Shown in pieces: positions 1 through 11,065 of a stretch of DNA of 64,000 nucleotides. The notes beneath the pieces are model-generated. The model made no database searches, was not told the DNA's origin, and saw only the letters and a list, made by a program, of their open reading frames with translations. Origin of the DNA: Macrostomum lignano (lineage: Eukaryota); the NCBI GenBank assembly GCA_002269645.1, contig NIVC01001094.1:1-64000 (forward strand), read 5' to 3'. Position numbers and translations under genes: made by a program. Position 1 is the first letter of the stretch; every line of letters begins with the position of its first letter.

Positions 1-110
1 AGAGAAGAGAGAAGAGAGAAGAGAGAGAAGAGAAGAGAAGAGAGAAGAGAGAGAGCGAGAGAGAGAGAAGAGAGCTGAGAAGAGAGAAGAGAGCTGAGAA
101 GAGACACAGA
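1..110. repeat. AG-rich microsatellite (AGAGAAG-like)
   Basis: Direct reading of the sequence. Confidence 0.9.
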
Positions 111-395
111 CTTGAGCGGGCCGAATTTCTGTTGTAAAATTTCAAAACCGATGGCGGGGCGTAGTTTGGGAAGGTACGGGGTAACGCTCCTCAAAAAATG
201 GCTCTTGTTGACGGCTACCTGCGCCCTGATGCCAGGACGAGTGACGGCAATTTTGCAAGCTCTTTGTTTATTCACTCGTTTTTGAATCGCCAATGACATC
301 GCTTCAGTTCTGAATCTACCTGGTACTTGAACTACTCCATACGATACCAAAATACGCCACAAACACAAATCAATCAGCCAGCCAGTTCACTGCAC

Positions 396-1239
396 CGGTC
401 TCGAGGGCTCCGTGTCCGGCGCCAAGCAGTCCGGCCAGGCTGAGCGCCAGAGCGCAGCTGCGCGCCAACGACGCGCCGAGCATGGCGCCGGCGCTAACCA
501 GATTTCCAGCGGCCAGAAAAGCCGGCCGGGCCAGGCGGCTGCTGTCCGGCAGCCGGTTGAACACGAAGCCGGTCAGCAGTGCAGCAGGCAGGCCGCGGCA
601 GACTTGGCCGTGAACCAGAATCCCATGTCGCTGAGGCCGACGCCCACCTGCCTGGCCAGGTGCATCAGGCTGCTGCCGGCAGAGCGTTGGCCATGCCGAT
701 GCAGATGTGACTGAGGCACAGCAGGGCCAGCAGCGGCCAGTGCAGCCGCAGCACTACTGCGAACTGAGTGAGGGGCGTTAGCGGTTTTGCAGCTGCAGCT
801 GGGCTGCACTTTTTTAACTTTGGAAGTGAAGGGGTAGAAAGGGAAGGGAAGCGAAGGGAATTGAAGGGAAGGGAAGGGAAGGGAAGGAAAGGGAAGAGAA
901 GGGAAGAGAAAGGAAGGGAAGGGAAGGGAAGGGAAGGGAAAGGAAGAAAGTAGAAGTGGGGTTCCACCTCAAACTTAAAAGCCTTCAATGGTTTTCCAGC
1001 AGGCGAATGAATGAAAATGCTGTACAGTTTGTCAGTACAGTTGAGTTCTTGGCAGCGGCGCAGCATCTCACCTTGACTGCCACCGAGTCGATAGAGGCGA
1101 CCGGACTCGGAAGCTGCTGTGCGCCATCAGTTGGGATCCCGTTGCCAAGCAACTCTTCTTTGCCAACGCCCGCCTCTTTGTTACTGCAGGTTTCGTCTGT
1201 CGGCTGTCGTTCCGGCGGCTTCTCTTCGATTGGCAGCAT
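396..1239 (-). CDS. MFS transporter, MFSD4/NaGLT1-like, 5' part. It has two 1-nt frameshifts and continues beyond the window start.
   Basis: Exon 1 is 1239-1072 (MLPIEEK...VAVK, then GTGAGA donor). Exon 2 is about 817-396. Joining three frames gives LLALLCLSHICIGMANALP-SSLMHLARQVGVGLSDMGFWFTAKSA-PAALLTGFVFNRL...GAGHGALETG, which fits the MFSD4 N-terminal pattern (GPT..L....V....+ ... G+LDTG). Frameshifts lie near 678 and 592. Confidence 0.65.
835..948. repeat. (GGGAA)n microsatellite in the MFSD4-like intron, acting as a pyrimidine tract on the - strand
   Basis: Direct reading. Confidence 0.9.
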
Positions 1240-1562
1240 TGCTCTGCAAGCAATGCGCCTTACATACTACTGTTGCACTCCGGTTCGACAGTAGATTGGC
1301 TGCGCAACGGAAACCATCCTAAAGTTATTTAAAAAATTTGATCTTATATCCAACTTTGATAAGATTTCAATTAATATTTTACATTCTTTTTAAGCAGTTT
1401 TTGCAGTAATGTTAGCCCCAGACAGAGGCTCTATCGAGTTGAGGAAGTTAAAGTAGCCTACGAGCGTACATATGTATACTCGTGCGCATATTCTTCATCT
1501 GCGAAATATGTCTGTGGTCGCTATTCCCCAAAATCTGAAGAACATGTTTCCTTAATGAATTA

Positions 1563-2103
1563 TATACCTTTTTGCGATCTAGTTTGCCAAAACTAGAGTC
1601 ATGACCAGAGTTTCAGCCACAGACAACTCTTTGAAAACTGCAATCAGTTTTGCCCAAACTGCGATCTAGTTTGCCCATAGCAAAGAAAACACCACAGACA
1701 TACATAGCAAGATCAAAGAATGGCCCAGCGTGAACCTTACAACAGGATTTCAGCAAAGGACCGGCAGCGATTGATTCAAGCATATCAGGGTGGAGAGGAC
1801 TGGCAAGATTTCGGTAGGCTGTTGGGCATCTCACGAAGAAACGTGACTTACATAGTTGGACAATTCAACGCAACCGGTCGTATAGAGCCTCTGCCTCGCG
1901 GAGGTGCCAAGCGGAGGTCCCTTAACAATGCTATGATTGAGAGCATTTGTGCCTACGTCTACCATTATAAACTCGCTGTTTATTGTTCACTGTTACAGTT
2001 TATTTCGTCACACTTCCGAATTGATTCTCAATAAAAATCCTTCTTGGCTTGCTATGGGCAAACTAGGTCGCAGTTTTGGCAAACTAGATCGCAAAAAGGT
2101 ATA
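1563..2103 (+). mobile_element. Non-autonomous Tc1/mariner (IS630-like) deletion derivative with TIRs
   Basis: The left end TATACCTTTTTGCGATCTAGTTTGCCAAAACT (from 1563) is inverted at 2072-2103, with TA at both ends. ORF 1720-2034 encodes only an N-terminal HTH (ISAKDRQRLIQAY...GRLLGISRRNV..IV..F..TGRIEPLPRGG) and has no DDE domain. Confidence 0.85.
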
Positions 2104-2429
2104 TTAGCTAATGAAGTTTATAAGTATACGAACGAGGGTTGTGTCGTGATTTCGGTGAACAAAAATAGACTGCACTGCATAGTTTGCCTTTCAGCTGCAC
2201 ACACCTAATAGTGCCGTCTCTCTGGCAGCTTGCTGATCCCGTCATGCCAAGAAACTCTGTGGGGCAGGTCTAGCTAATAGGGTAGGTACGGCACCAGCTT
2301 GTATCCCAAGTGTCCGACAGGTGTACATCTAGCGTCTGCACGCAAGGACCAACTAGAAGTTACCGTTGCATCTGCATGTACTTAAATATTGCAAAAAAGG
2401 TTGCAAGTTGCAAGGTTGCATGAAACTCA

Positions 2430-3108
2430 TGTAGGAACTGATGGATCAAGCTAAAGGATTGATGGATCAAGCTAAAGGATTGATGGATCAAGCTAAAGGA
2501 TTGATGGATCAAGCTAAAGGATTGATGGATCAAGCTAAAGGATTGATGGATCAAGCTAAAGGATTGATGGATCAAGCTAAAGGATTGATGGATCAAGCTA
2601 AAGGATTGATGGATCAAGCTAAAGGATTGATGGATCAAGCTAAAGGATTGATGGATCAAGCTAAAGGATTGATGGATCAAGCTAAAGGATTGATGGATCA
2701 AGCTAAAGGATTGATGGATCAAGCTAAAGGATTGATGGATCAAGCTAAAGGATTGATGGATCAAGCTAAAGGATTGATGGATCAAGCTAAAGGATTGATG
2801 GATCAAGCTAAAGGATTGATGGATCAAGCTAAAGGATTGATGGATCAAGCTAAAGGATTGATGGATCAAGCTTCAGGAACTGATGAATCAAGCTTTAGGA
2901 ATTGATGGATCAAGCTTTATGAACTGATGAATCAAGCTGCAGGAACTGATGAATCAAGCTTCAGGAACTGATGAATCAAGCTTCAGGAACTGATGAATCA
3001 AGCTTCAGGAACTGATGAATCAAGCTTCAGGAACTGATGAATCAAGCTTCAGGAACTGATGAATCAAGCTTCAGGAACTGATGAATCAAGCTTCAGGAAC
3101 TGATGGAT
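2430..3108 (+). repeat. 21/22-bp minisatellite (GATGGATCAAGCTAAAGGATT, switching to TGATGAATCAAGCTTCAGGAAC)
   Basis: Direct reading. It explains the MDQAKGL and IHQSFSL ORFs. Confidence 0.95.
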
Positions 3109-3395
3109 CTCTGCAAATATTGCCATATTACGAGTGATGCATCCTGACACAACGGTAGCTTCTAGTTGTCTTTGTCTGCACATCTGTCAGCAGCTTTGGC
3201 ACCGGCAAAACAGAGAAAAGCATTATTTTTCCCTAGTGAGCTGCCCGCATTTGTCAGCGAGCCTATGAAACAACTCTCGTAATTACCCCAATTAGGAATT
3301 CTAAATCTAGCAACTGGAATGGCAACTGAAATATCAGCTATACAAGATGAGGCCAAGATTAGAGATCGCAAGCGTGCGACGTAAACACAGAGTAT

Positions 3396-4334
3396 TTAAA
3401 AAGAAGGATCGTATTCGTATATCATTTCAACTCGTTTGGCTAGGTAAATCTCGTCGATCAATAACACCACTGTCGTCTCATAGGCATGTAGTCGGTTGTA
3501 GCACAATTTGAGATAGTCGGAGTTGTCCAGACCTGTAGACCCCATCCTCCTTGTTAATTTTCGAAGGACATTAACTGATGGCAGTATTAGCGATTTGGTC
3601 TCCAGAAGCCGCTGATAAGCTGCCGGACTCACAGAAAACAGAATATAAGAGAAAACGATCAACTCAACGATTTTTTGTGAAACATGATGGCATGCTGGTC
3701 GTGCTGTATTGTGGGAACTGCATCTTCTATTAATCTTCTTTTTACAAGATTGGCACCTTCTTCGTGCTGTTTCTTTTTCCGATATGCATTGCTGTCCTGA
3801 TTCTCAGTAATAAAATCTGATTCCGTGAAGTGAAGAGAGCAAATTCGAGTGTGCTTCGATGGCTTGAAATTTGCTTCTCAGGAAATGCTCTTCAACCATT
3901 TTTCCAGCAGGTCGTCTCGATTCGGAAACGTGTGGAATGAAATCCTCGCTGACCGTGCCGTTGCCGACTCGCTGCCGGACTTGCAGCCAAAAACGGCGCA
4001 TTTATTTGGCATGCAGAGGACTCAAAACTTCTGCAGAGGACGCAGAGACTTGGCTTCAGGAAAGTCACTCTGGCAAATTAGTGCTTACAGGCTAAAACAA
4101 AATAAGGCGAGCGAAGCTGATTCTTCATAGTGGCAATCTAAGTTGATGCGGCAAGCAAAATCCTATGTCTGTGGCAATCGCAGTAAGCATTGTTTAGCAA
4201 TTTGACGATCATTATTCACATTTTTAATGCAGAACAATCCATTACTACAAACAATGCATTGTCTGTAGGATCGTCAAACAGAAAAACAATGCAAAGAATC
4301 AGCGGTCGCAGCACGTGACAACGATTTGTCTATG
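3396..4334 (-). mobile_element. Degenerate THAP9/P-element-like transposon, 5' half (copy B)
   Basis: ATG at 4012 reads MPNKCAVFGCKSG...FHTFP...KWLKSIS*EANF...RICSLHF...EDAVPTI, a THAP domain with an in-frame TGA at 3880-3878. It continues YQRLLETKSLILPSVNVLRK...VVLLIDEIYLAKRVE (P-like HTH plus first catalytic Asp), then is truncated. Putative left end CATAGAC at 4334-4328. Confidence 0.8.
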
Positions 4335-4335
4335 G

Positions 4336-4900
4336 CCAGACCATCGTTGTCACGCACTGGGACCGCTGATTATTTATCCATTATCTTGTATAAAGAAGTC
4401 CTCACCGCTATTTCAGTTGTCATTCCAGTAGGATATAGAATTCCTTGACTTTGTGGTCGAAAATTGAATACAGGGAAATCAAGTTGAATTCCTTCAGTGT
4501 CTATGGCAGAAAGACCTCTAGTTCTCACTTAAGTTGCTTGAATTTCCTTCCTATAATCTTTTTCTGTTCCTTTGAACTTTTGGTATCTATGTCAAAGGAG
4601 GCTTCATGCTTCACTTTACACCGCTATGAAAGTGTACACCAGTCCTGAAAATTGATGCATTGCAATACTGCTAATAGCACCACAGAACATACACAGAATG
4701 GCGAATCGGCAGTTCTCTATGAAAGCGAAAATAAATGCGATTGCACTACTAACGTTGTGAAGCTGATAAGTAGCTGCGATTTTTTAAACGCAAAGTTGAA
4801 TGTAAAAGTTGAGCTCAAGACAGCCTTTGAAAGCTCTGAATCATCGTTTTGACGCTGCAGATGAATGCTGCGCCATCATTGTAATTAATTTGTTCAAACG
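4336..4900 (-). mobile_element. 3' remnant of a P-element-like transposon (copy B')
   Basis: The - strand reads INFQDWCTLS*RCKVK...IIGRKFKQLK*, resembling the WC...RKFK terminus of copy A. It ends in a sequence inverted relative to the left end of copy B. Confidence 0.45.
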
Positions 4901-5034
4901 GTGCGTGCGCAAAGTCATGAGCAGTAGTAAGAACTGTTATAACCTCATTGCCATGTACATGTAAGCTAAAAAACAAAAGTAACAAACATATAACAGCAGG
5001 TTAAGTTTTAGCGCTGCACGCAAGGCAGGAAATG

Positions 5035-5976
5035 CCAGACTCAACAGAAATAGCAAATCTCATGCAATCACACTCATCCTCTTGAACTTCCTCGATTGCT
5101 CATTGCAAAATGCTCGCCCGCGCTTTCTCTCCTGAGCCGCAATCCTGCGCCCATTGCACCAATGGTGCAAGCGCAGCCTCGAGAACAGCCTCACAATGCC
5201 CATCACGCATCTCTCTGAGTGCTCAGCGCAATGAGTCGCAATAATTGGCCTGATGCAATCGGCCAATAATTTGCTGATTCTGTGTGACACAACAGCATGC
5301 ATGAACTCTGTCACTTCCAGCAATTTGAATTGGCGTTCCATCTCAGTGACAGCTCTGATAACTGCTCTGCTTGGGGTGGCTAAGCTGTCATCCCGCTTGC
5401 ACTTCAGTCGCAGGAAGAGTGTCCGAATTGCTTTCCCTTCAGTTCCTGCTGGAACACCTTACACTTGCACTCAGTTTTAAAGAAGCGGAACAGCAACCAA
5501 CCGCCGACATTTGCGCACTTCTCGTGATCTAAGTCATCCGATGTAGCAAAGAGCTCATCACCTGCTTCCGTGAGATCTGAGTCACAAGTGTTGCCCCGCA
5601 GGTGGACTGGATCTGGAGCTTCTTGCCTCACTGCAGCCTTGGATGCTCTCTGGCTGCTGAAAACCGGTGAAATCTAGTGCCCGGCGGCCACTTGCCGGCG
5701 TAGTTGGGGCATCCGTACGCAGCGCACTGAAGCCTCGAAGCAGACGCAGTCATGCGAAAACAGTATCACAATAAGCTGCGTATTAAAACTCTAGCAGAAA
5801 TGCCTTCGGTATTACATGTAGCACTTTTGAAGCCAGACCTAGCTTCAGCAGCACCAGCCTGGGCCATAGAGAATGCAATATAGCAAAGACAGGCTAGCGC
5901 GATCAATAATGCATTTGACCTGCATGCTTTCACGCCACGAGCTCGTGCTTGAACGCCCAAGGCATGCTGTCTATGG
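5035..5976 (-). mobile_element. Internally deleted THAP/P-element-like transposon (copy A)
   Basis: CATAGAC at 5975-5969. ATG 5753 reads MTASASRLQCAAYGCPNY...RFHRF (THAP start) and is joined directly to C-terminal P-like segments: EKCANVGGWLLFRF, LATPSRAVIRAVTEMERQF and LFSRLRLHHWC...RKFK. Confidence 0.7.
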
Positions 5977-6734
5977 CACTAACTTAAAGCGCAGCAGAAG
6001 GCAGGGCCAGCCTTAAGGTAGTTTCTAAAAATAGCACAGTTTAGAAGGGGTGGGTTGGTTCATCAAGCCTTCCTATATTCTGTGGGACAAACCCGCAATA
6101 AATGGCAAAGAATTGGTAAGGTGCCATTCAGCCTACTTAGTTTCTCTTCACAACAAGAGTAGCCAGTATAGAATTTCATTCTTGTGCAAGAAATTTTCTC
6201 AAAATGCGGGATTCGCCATTCTGTGTATATTCTGTGAATAGCACCGCGGGTTTAAGATTGCTCAAATCAATATACAGTTGGACGCATTTAAAAATAGATT
6301 CGAAACACAGTTGTCCCGCGGAGCGACTAGCGGAATGTGAACCGGCCTTAACCAGTATTTGATGACGGAGTGAACAAGCCTGTATTTGTACTGCATTGCA
6401 AACTCATCAATAAATTCATTTATTTAAAAGCATTTGAATTATAGAAAGTGTTGTATGCCAGTATTATTTACCTGCTTAGGAAAGATGGTGTCAGACTCTG
6501 GAAAGCAGTGGCAAAAGTGCTTCTTGTCCGCTCTGTTTATAATTTTGCCCCAAGCTGCACGCACTTCAAGCCTAACAGAAATAGTCAAATGTGCTTTAAA
6601 AGTTCTTTACAGTTGAGAACTTGTTTTTTTGAGCTCGACGAGTCCACCTGTAGAGGGTGGGTATGAGGCAGAATCGTCAAGCTCTAATTGGGGACCTCGA
6701 GGGAGGGTACTCACACATCTGCAGCTCAATACGA

Positions 6735-7503
6735 ATTGATCCATCAATTCCAGATGCTTGATTCATCAGTTCTGAAGCTTGATCCACCGGTTCCTTAAGC
6801 TTAATCCATCGGTTCCCTAAGTTTGATCCATCGGTTCCTTAAGCTTGATCCACCGGTTTTTTAAGCTTAATCCATCGGTTCCCTAAGCTTGATCATTCGG
6901 TTCCTTAAGCTTGATCCACCAGTTTCTTAAGCTTGATCCATCAGTTCATTAAGCTTGATCCACCGGTTCCTTAAGCTTAATCCATCGGTTCCCTAAGCTT
7001 GATCCATCGGTTCCTTAAGCTTGATCTATCAATCCTGAATCTTGATCCATCAATCCTGAATCTTGATCCATCAATCCTTAAGCTTGATCCATCAGTCCTT
7101 TACCTAAGCTTGATCAATCAGTTCCTTAAGCTTGATCCATCAGTTCCTTAAGCTTGATCCATCAGTTCATTAAGCTTGATCCATCAGTTCCTGAAGCTTG
7201 ATTCATCAGTTTCTGAAGCTTGATCCATCAACCCTTAAGCTTGATTCATGAGTTCCTGAAGCTTGATGCATCAATTCCTTAAGCTTAATCCATCAGTTCC
7301 TTAAGCTCGATCCATCAATCTTTAAGCTTGATCCTAGGATGACTTAAGCTCGATCCATCAGTCCTTTACCTAAGCTTGATCCATCAGTTCCTTAAGCTTG
7401 ATCCATCAGTTCCTTAAGCTTGATCCATCAATTCCTGAAGCTAGATCTATCAGTTCCTAAAGCTTGATCCTAGGATGACTTAAGCTCGATCCATCAGTTC
7501 CTT
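6735..7503 (-). repeat. About 21-22-bp minisatellite, same family as 2430-3108 but inverted and more diverged
   Basis: The unit AAGCTTGATCCATCAGTTCCTT is the reverse complement of AAGGAACTGATGGATCAAGCTT. Confidence 0.9.
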
Positions 7504-8254
7504 AATATTGATGAGTCGGTTTTTTAACAGCAGAAACAATTGTCTTATTCTTCAGTACCAAATATTTCAAACCAACCGGACTGTTGGCTGTGCACTCTCG
7601 GTCCAGTGAAGTAGACTTCAGTCTACGATACGATAAAATTAGTTTGGGGGATGCAGTGCGCGGGTGCAATGCGCCGATTTCCTCGCGTTATGCTAATTGC
7701 TAATAAGCAGCAAAACTCCAAATCAAATTAATACAAGATTTCGCATTGCTCGCATGGGACAATTCTTTAGTAATAGTGCAAACTGCACTTGTATATAACA
7801 GTTAAAACTTTTCCGAGAAAGCATTACACTCAATTCAAAAGCACTTAAGAATTCAGAAGTTTGTCTCCTGAAATTTCCGGACACTGTCCGAAAGTAAAAC
7901 ACTCCTCTTGCTCGTATGTTTGGTGATTTGCGGTCAAAAGAAACTGGAAGTTAAAAAAGAAACCTTCAAACTTCATCTGATCAAATCGCTTCGAGAGAAT
8001 ATTTATTTATGCCTTCTACTGACGAAAAAAATTGTTGCAACTCATCAATGCAGAATATTTTCTCTTTTGCAGGAGCAACTCGAGCAAAATTAGGCTAAAA
8101 AAATATTACTATTCGAGCAGTTTAAAAACAGTTCGCAGAATTTCCTTATTAGCAAAGTCTGATTTATCAGAGGAAAATTAAAAAACGGCTTTGTGAACAA
8201 TGAATAAATGCAGCAGTTGGGAATTTATTAGCCAGAGTCTTCGTCATCACGGCT

Positions 8255-8488
8255 TTACAGGCCAGTGCAGTCGACTCCCTTGGGCGGCTTGACCTGCCTC
8301 TTTTGGCTGTCGGCGCACACAGTGGCCAGCAGTACCTGGAATTCGGCGCCTCGTCTTACCATCCGGCGAGACTCGGGCAGGGCCATCGCCTCCGCGCCGA
8401 ATGTCGCCGGCGGTGTCAGGGTGGTCAGCAGCAGGACGACGGTCGTCAGCACGAGAAGCGTCAGGTTCTTTCGGCTGGAGGTGGCCAT
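8255..8488 (-). CDS. Small secreted peptide precursor, 77 aa (signal peptide, RR cleavage site, two Cys)
   Basis: Kozak context gccATGg at 8488. Hydrophobic signal LTLLVLTTVVLLLTTL...FGA. Then RRMVRR|GAEFQVLLATVCADSQKRQVKPPKGVDCTGL*. GC-rich codons, AATAAA about 26 nt after the stop (8229-8224), and an upstream AG acceptor plus CCAAT boxes. Confidence 0.7.
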   Translation of the reverse strand: MATSSRKNLTLLVLTTVVLLLTTLTPPATFGAEAMALPESRRMVRRGAEFQVLLATVCADSQKRQVKPPKGVDCTGL

Positions 8489-8684
8489 GGCTGACTGAGA
8501 CAATTCTTATAGGTAACACGACAGCGACGCAAAAACCTCGAGTATATTGAGTAATATTTAATAGGGAACCGACAACAAAATGACTTTTTATTGCAGCGGA
8601 GGAGGGTGCTGGAGACTTTTGTTGATAAGAACAACAGTAAATTAATAATAAACAGCCTATGCGACGAAACTTCCAACACACAGG

Positions 8685-8895
8685 GGGCTCTGATTGGCTG
8701 GCCTTAGCAAGCTCACTTTGTCCGATTCCACCCACCCCCACGCTGGCCGCCCCTTTACACTCACTTATTCAATTCTCTGCCCCAAGTTTCCTACCCCCAC
8801 CCCCTAGAATGAACGCTGTGAAAGCTCAGTGTACAGGCTCAGTGTGCGCATTGACGCAGGCGGGCGAGGCTTCACAAAATCTGATTGGCTGGTGG
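8685..8895 (-). promoter_or_regulatory. Putative promoter with two CCAAT boxes upstream of the peptide gene
   Basis: CTGATTGGCTG near 8690 and near 8881 (GCCAATCAG on the - strand). Confidence 0.4.
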
Positions 8896-10325
8896 GGAGA
8901 TAAGTGACGAAAAGAATGATTTCACTGACTGAGTCACTGATAAAAGAGTTAGAGTGTTTGCGTGAATTGAGCATCTGGAGGGGTCAATAAAAGTACGCAA
9001 TAAAAATATGTGAATATTCCATAAACATTAAATGTGTAACTGCATCGTAGCTGTTTCCTAGTCCTAGTTTCTCCATTTATTAACCAAATTGTTATAAATA
9101 TACTCAGCAACATTGAAAAGTCGCCACCCATTGCCCCAATGAGCAGTGTCTTTCGACCAGCGTCTATCACCTGGGCAATCATTTTGATGTGAAAAAAATG
9201 CTTGAAAAAACAATGAAAACCGGTCGGAAGCTTCAATCCACCCAATCTTCACCCTCTGCTCTTCCCAATACCTTCTCACCCAGTTACACTCTGCGTCACG
9301 TAACGCAACTTGTGTCACTCAAAAGTCAATACTTGAGCTAGAATTTACGGCGCACTCTCAAAGGTGGCGACTATTTAATGTTGTTGAGTATACTTTCACC
9401 CATTATGGCTATTATTCCAGTTCCACAGTTACTACCCAATTTAAATTGGCGTGAGACAGCGTAAGAGGTGGGTTACCTGTTGCTTAACATAGTAACTGCG
9501 TCATTATTACGAAAGTTCCTTGCTATTGTGATTCGGATCGAACCATCGGGTTTTATAGTGTTTCTATTGTTTCTATTGTTGTTTCTATTGCTATTGTTTG
9601 TTTCTAAATAGACACTTTCTATTGTTTATTTGTTTCTATTTCTACAATAGCACGAAACGCACGTGGCAGTAAAAACTCATGCCTGACGTGAACTCATGCG
9701 GTTTCATTATCCATATCCCTATCAATAATTTCCTGTCTCTGCTGCTCGAGTTCCTCGGAGCTCAAATCAAATCATTTTTGCTCAAATAAGGCGGCGGACG
9801 GGATCCGGGATGTGAGTAAGCAGCAGCCGCAGACTTGGGACCTCGCTCTCGCGTGCGACCGGAGGGATAAATGCCCCCCCCCTGCCTAGTGGTTTTTTTC
9901 CCACCGCAAAGGATAGCAGTGACGCGCGGCCTTAGTCTGGGAGTAGGGCCGACTCTGCTTCCTTCATCTCGATATGAGAAGACTCAGTCAAGGAGATCTT
10001 GAGCTAGAAGCTGGATGCCAGGAAAAACTCTCATTTCCACAAACCATAGAGCTGCCTAAATTTTCAGTCAGCCTATGGCCTATGTGTGTTAAAAACGCAC
10101 GGCAACCCGCTCGCTGTGAATGTCTATGGCCAAAAGCCTTTGATTCAGTGCAAAGCCATCAGACTGCTGCAGGCATATCAAAACAGTCAGATGAAAGAGT
10201 AATCTTTGATGCTCTAGATAAACTTTGAATAGATTTTCTGCGTTTTATGAGCTGACTGCTGAAACCATTGATCGTTCTGCCCATGGACCCTTCGCGCAAG
10301 GGTGGACACTTTTCAATATTGCTGA

Positions 10326-10560
10326 GTGTATAAAAGTTCTATATTCCCCTGCACAAGGGGACAACTAAAGCAACGTATATACAGGACGCGACACTCGCGT
10401 TTCATAGAAAAAGTTTTGAAGGCCACTTTTCGCCGAAAAATGCACTACGGAGATAGGAGTTTTCAAACGTTCACAAAACATAGACATAGACATTCTAGAC
10501 ACAAAACATTTTCCATAGATTTCGAGTGTTGCGTCCTTCTACTTTAGTAGTCCTTGATTC
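10326..10560. mobile_element. Fragment of a dispersed repeat family
   Basis: GTTTTGAAGGCCACTTTTCGCCGAAAAATGCACTACGGAGATAGG recurs with few changes near 63575-63630 and 63770-63805. Confidence 0.6.
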
Positions 10561-11065
10561 TGCATCGATTTGGGACATAACTAAAACTTGATCAGCCTAG
10601 TGGAACAATCTTTAGGCTATCTGGTATGTGCAAACTGCATGTTGAGAAACCGATGACTCCAAATTCTAGCTCTAGATCTCCTTGGCTCGAGTCCGTGTCT
10701 CCGCCTCCGCATCCGGTATTTCGCTTCGAGTCGTGAGTGCTGCAGCCACTGATTGGGGAGTTGGCAGCCAATGACTTTAATTCGAGGACAGTGTCGGCGT
10801 GTGTAGGATGACGGCGCTGATATAATATCTATATAGCCTCAAGAGTTTCCTTTGCTCTACGTTCGAGTAGACTTTTCTCATCTCTTCTAACTAATTCTGT
10901 CTCATCCTCTCTTTAGTCCTCCCTTAGTCCTCTCTTTTCTTAAGCTTTGACTGCCTATAGCCAAGTTCTTTAAGTCCTACTTAGACCTGGGCTCCTCCAC
11001 TATCTGTCCAAACAGCCTGCGCCTCAACCGAAGCAAAAGGCCTGGCAAAGGGACTTCAGCGGTTC

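Noticed and set aside
8255-8400. Insulin-like peptide call (GAEF..LL..VC resembles a B chain)
   Set aside because: Only two Cys are present, whereas the insulin fold needs six.
9060-9190. VIDAGRKTLLIG, resembling a sugar-transporter loop
   Set aside because: The match is short and isolated, with no supporting exons or clear splice sites.
10653-10732. ATG-initiated first coding exon of RasGRP
   Set aside because: It ends in phase 2, but the next exon needs phase 0 for the frame that joins downstream exons. It is more likely 5' UTR.
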